A stretch of 64,000 nucleotides of DNA from Trueperaceae bacterium. Lineage in GTDB: Bacteria; Deinococcota; Deinococci; Deinococcales; Trueperaceae. Shown here piece by piece: positions 63,589 to 64,000 of the stretch (its first letter is position 1; each line of letters begins with the position of its first letter). Made by a program: the position numbers and the translations under genes. Where the stretch lies: NCBI GenBank assembly GCA_965213705.1, contig OZ243913.1, positions 3,520,001-3,584,000 on the forward strand, given 5' to 3'. Under the pieces are notes generated by a model. That model was not told the origin of the DNA. It did not search any database and saw nothing but the letters and a program-made list of their open reading frames with translations.

Positions 63589-64000
63589 TTACCGCGCCGT
63601 CCACCCCAAATCCATCGTCGCCACCGACCCGGTAATGCTCCAAGCCTCTGCCGACGCCAAGAACGCCGCGTAGTTGCCGACGTCTTCGGGCTCGAGCATT
63701 CTTTTAATCGCCACGTTCTCCAAGAAAACTCGCTGCTCGACCTCGTCCGGGCGGATGCCGCGGGTGCGCGCCTGGTCGGCAATTTGCTTTTCGACGAGCG
63801 GCGTGCGCACGTAGGCCGGGCAAATCGTGTTGCAGGTGAGGCCGTGCTCGCCGCCCTCGAGCGCCGTCACGCGCATCAGGCCGAGCAGCCCGTGCTTCGC
63901 CGTCACGTAAGCCGCCTTGAACGGGCTGGCCGTGAGGCTGTGGGCGCTGCCGATGTTGATGACGCGCCCCTGACCGGAGCGGATGAGATGCGCCCAGGCG
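63589..64000 (-). CDS. bdhA: 3-hydroxybutyrate dehydrogenase (SDR), 5' end off window
   Basis: [49 protein letters not shown]. Confidence 0.9.
   Translation of the reverse strand, partial: AWAHLIRSGQGRVINIGSAHSLTASPFKAAYVTAKHGLLGLMRVTALEGGEHGLTCNTICPAYVRTPLVEKQIADQARTRGIRPDEVEQRVFLENVAIKRMLEPEDVGNYAAFLASAEAWSITGSVATMDLGWTAR

Overview
GC-rich chromosomal window from a diderm bacterium. Gene content, Thermus-type paa genes, Uma2 paralogs and pervasive TANNNT-N5-7-start leaderless promoters point to Deinococcota, probably Trueperaceae (inference). It begins with the tRNA(Thr-Tyr-Gly-Thr)-tuf locus. Housekeeping and metabolic genes include crp-like, tatA, zwf, gatC, glcDEF, a sugar ABC importer, ilvE, ribH, a NarL/NarX-type two-component pair, paaR-paaABCD, rplS, fba, rqcH and groESL. 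It also holds a type III PKS-methyltransferase-FAD monooxygenase cluster next to a Lol-like export operon, a VapBC toxin-antitoxin pair and several exported proteins. The standout is a single 666-aa ORF (5463-7463) that fuses a multi-TM anchor, an intact GGEEF diguanylate cyclase with RxxD I-site, and a complete class I terpene synthase (DDxxD, NSE/DTE, WxxxxxRY). This is a candidate link between c-di-GMP signalling and terpene biosynthesis. Also notable: strong CTCGAG over-representation, dual CIRCE+HAIR control of groESL, a two-gene RHH cassette splitting glcE from glcF, and a structured leader upstream of the sugar ABC operon. No CRISPR array, integrase or transposase was seen.
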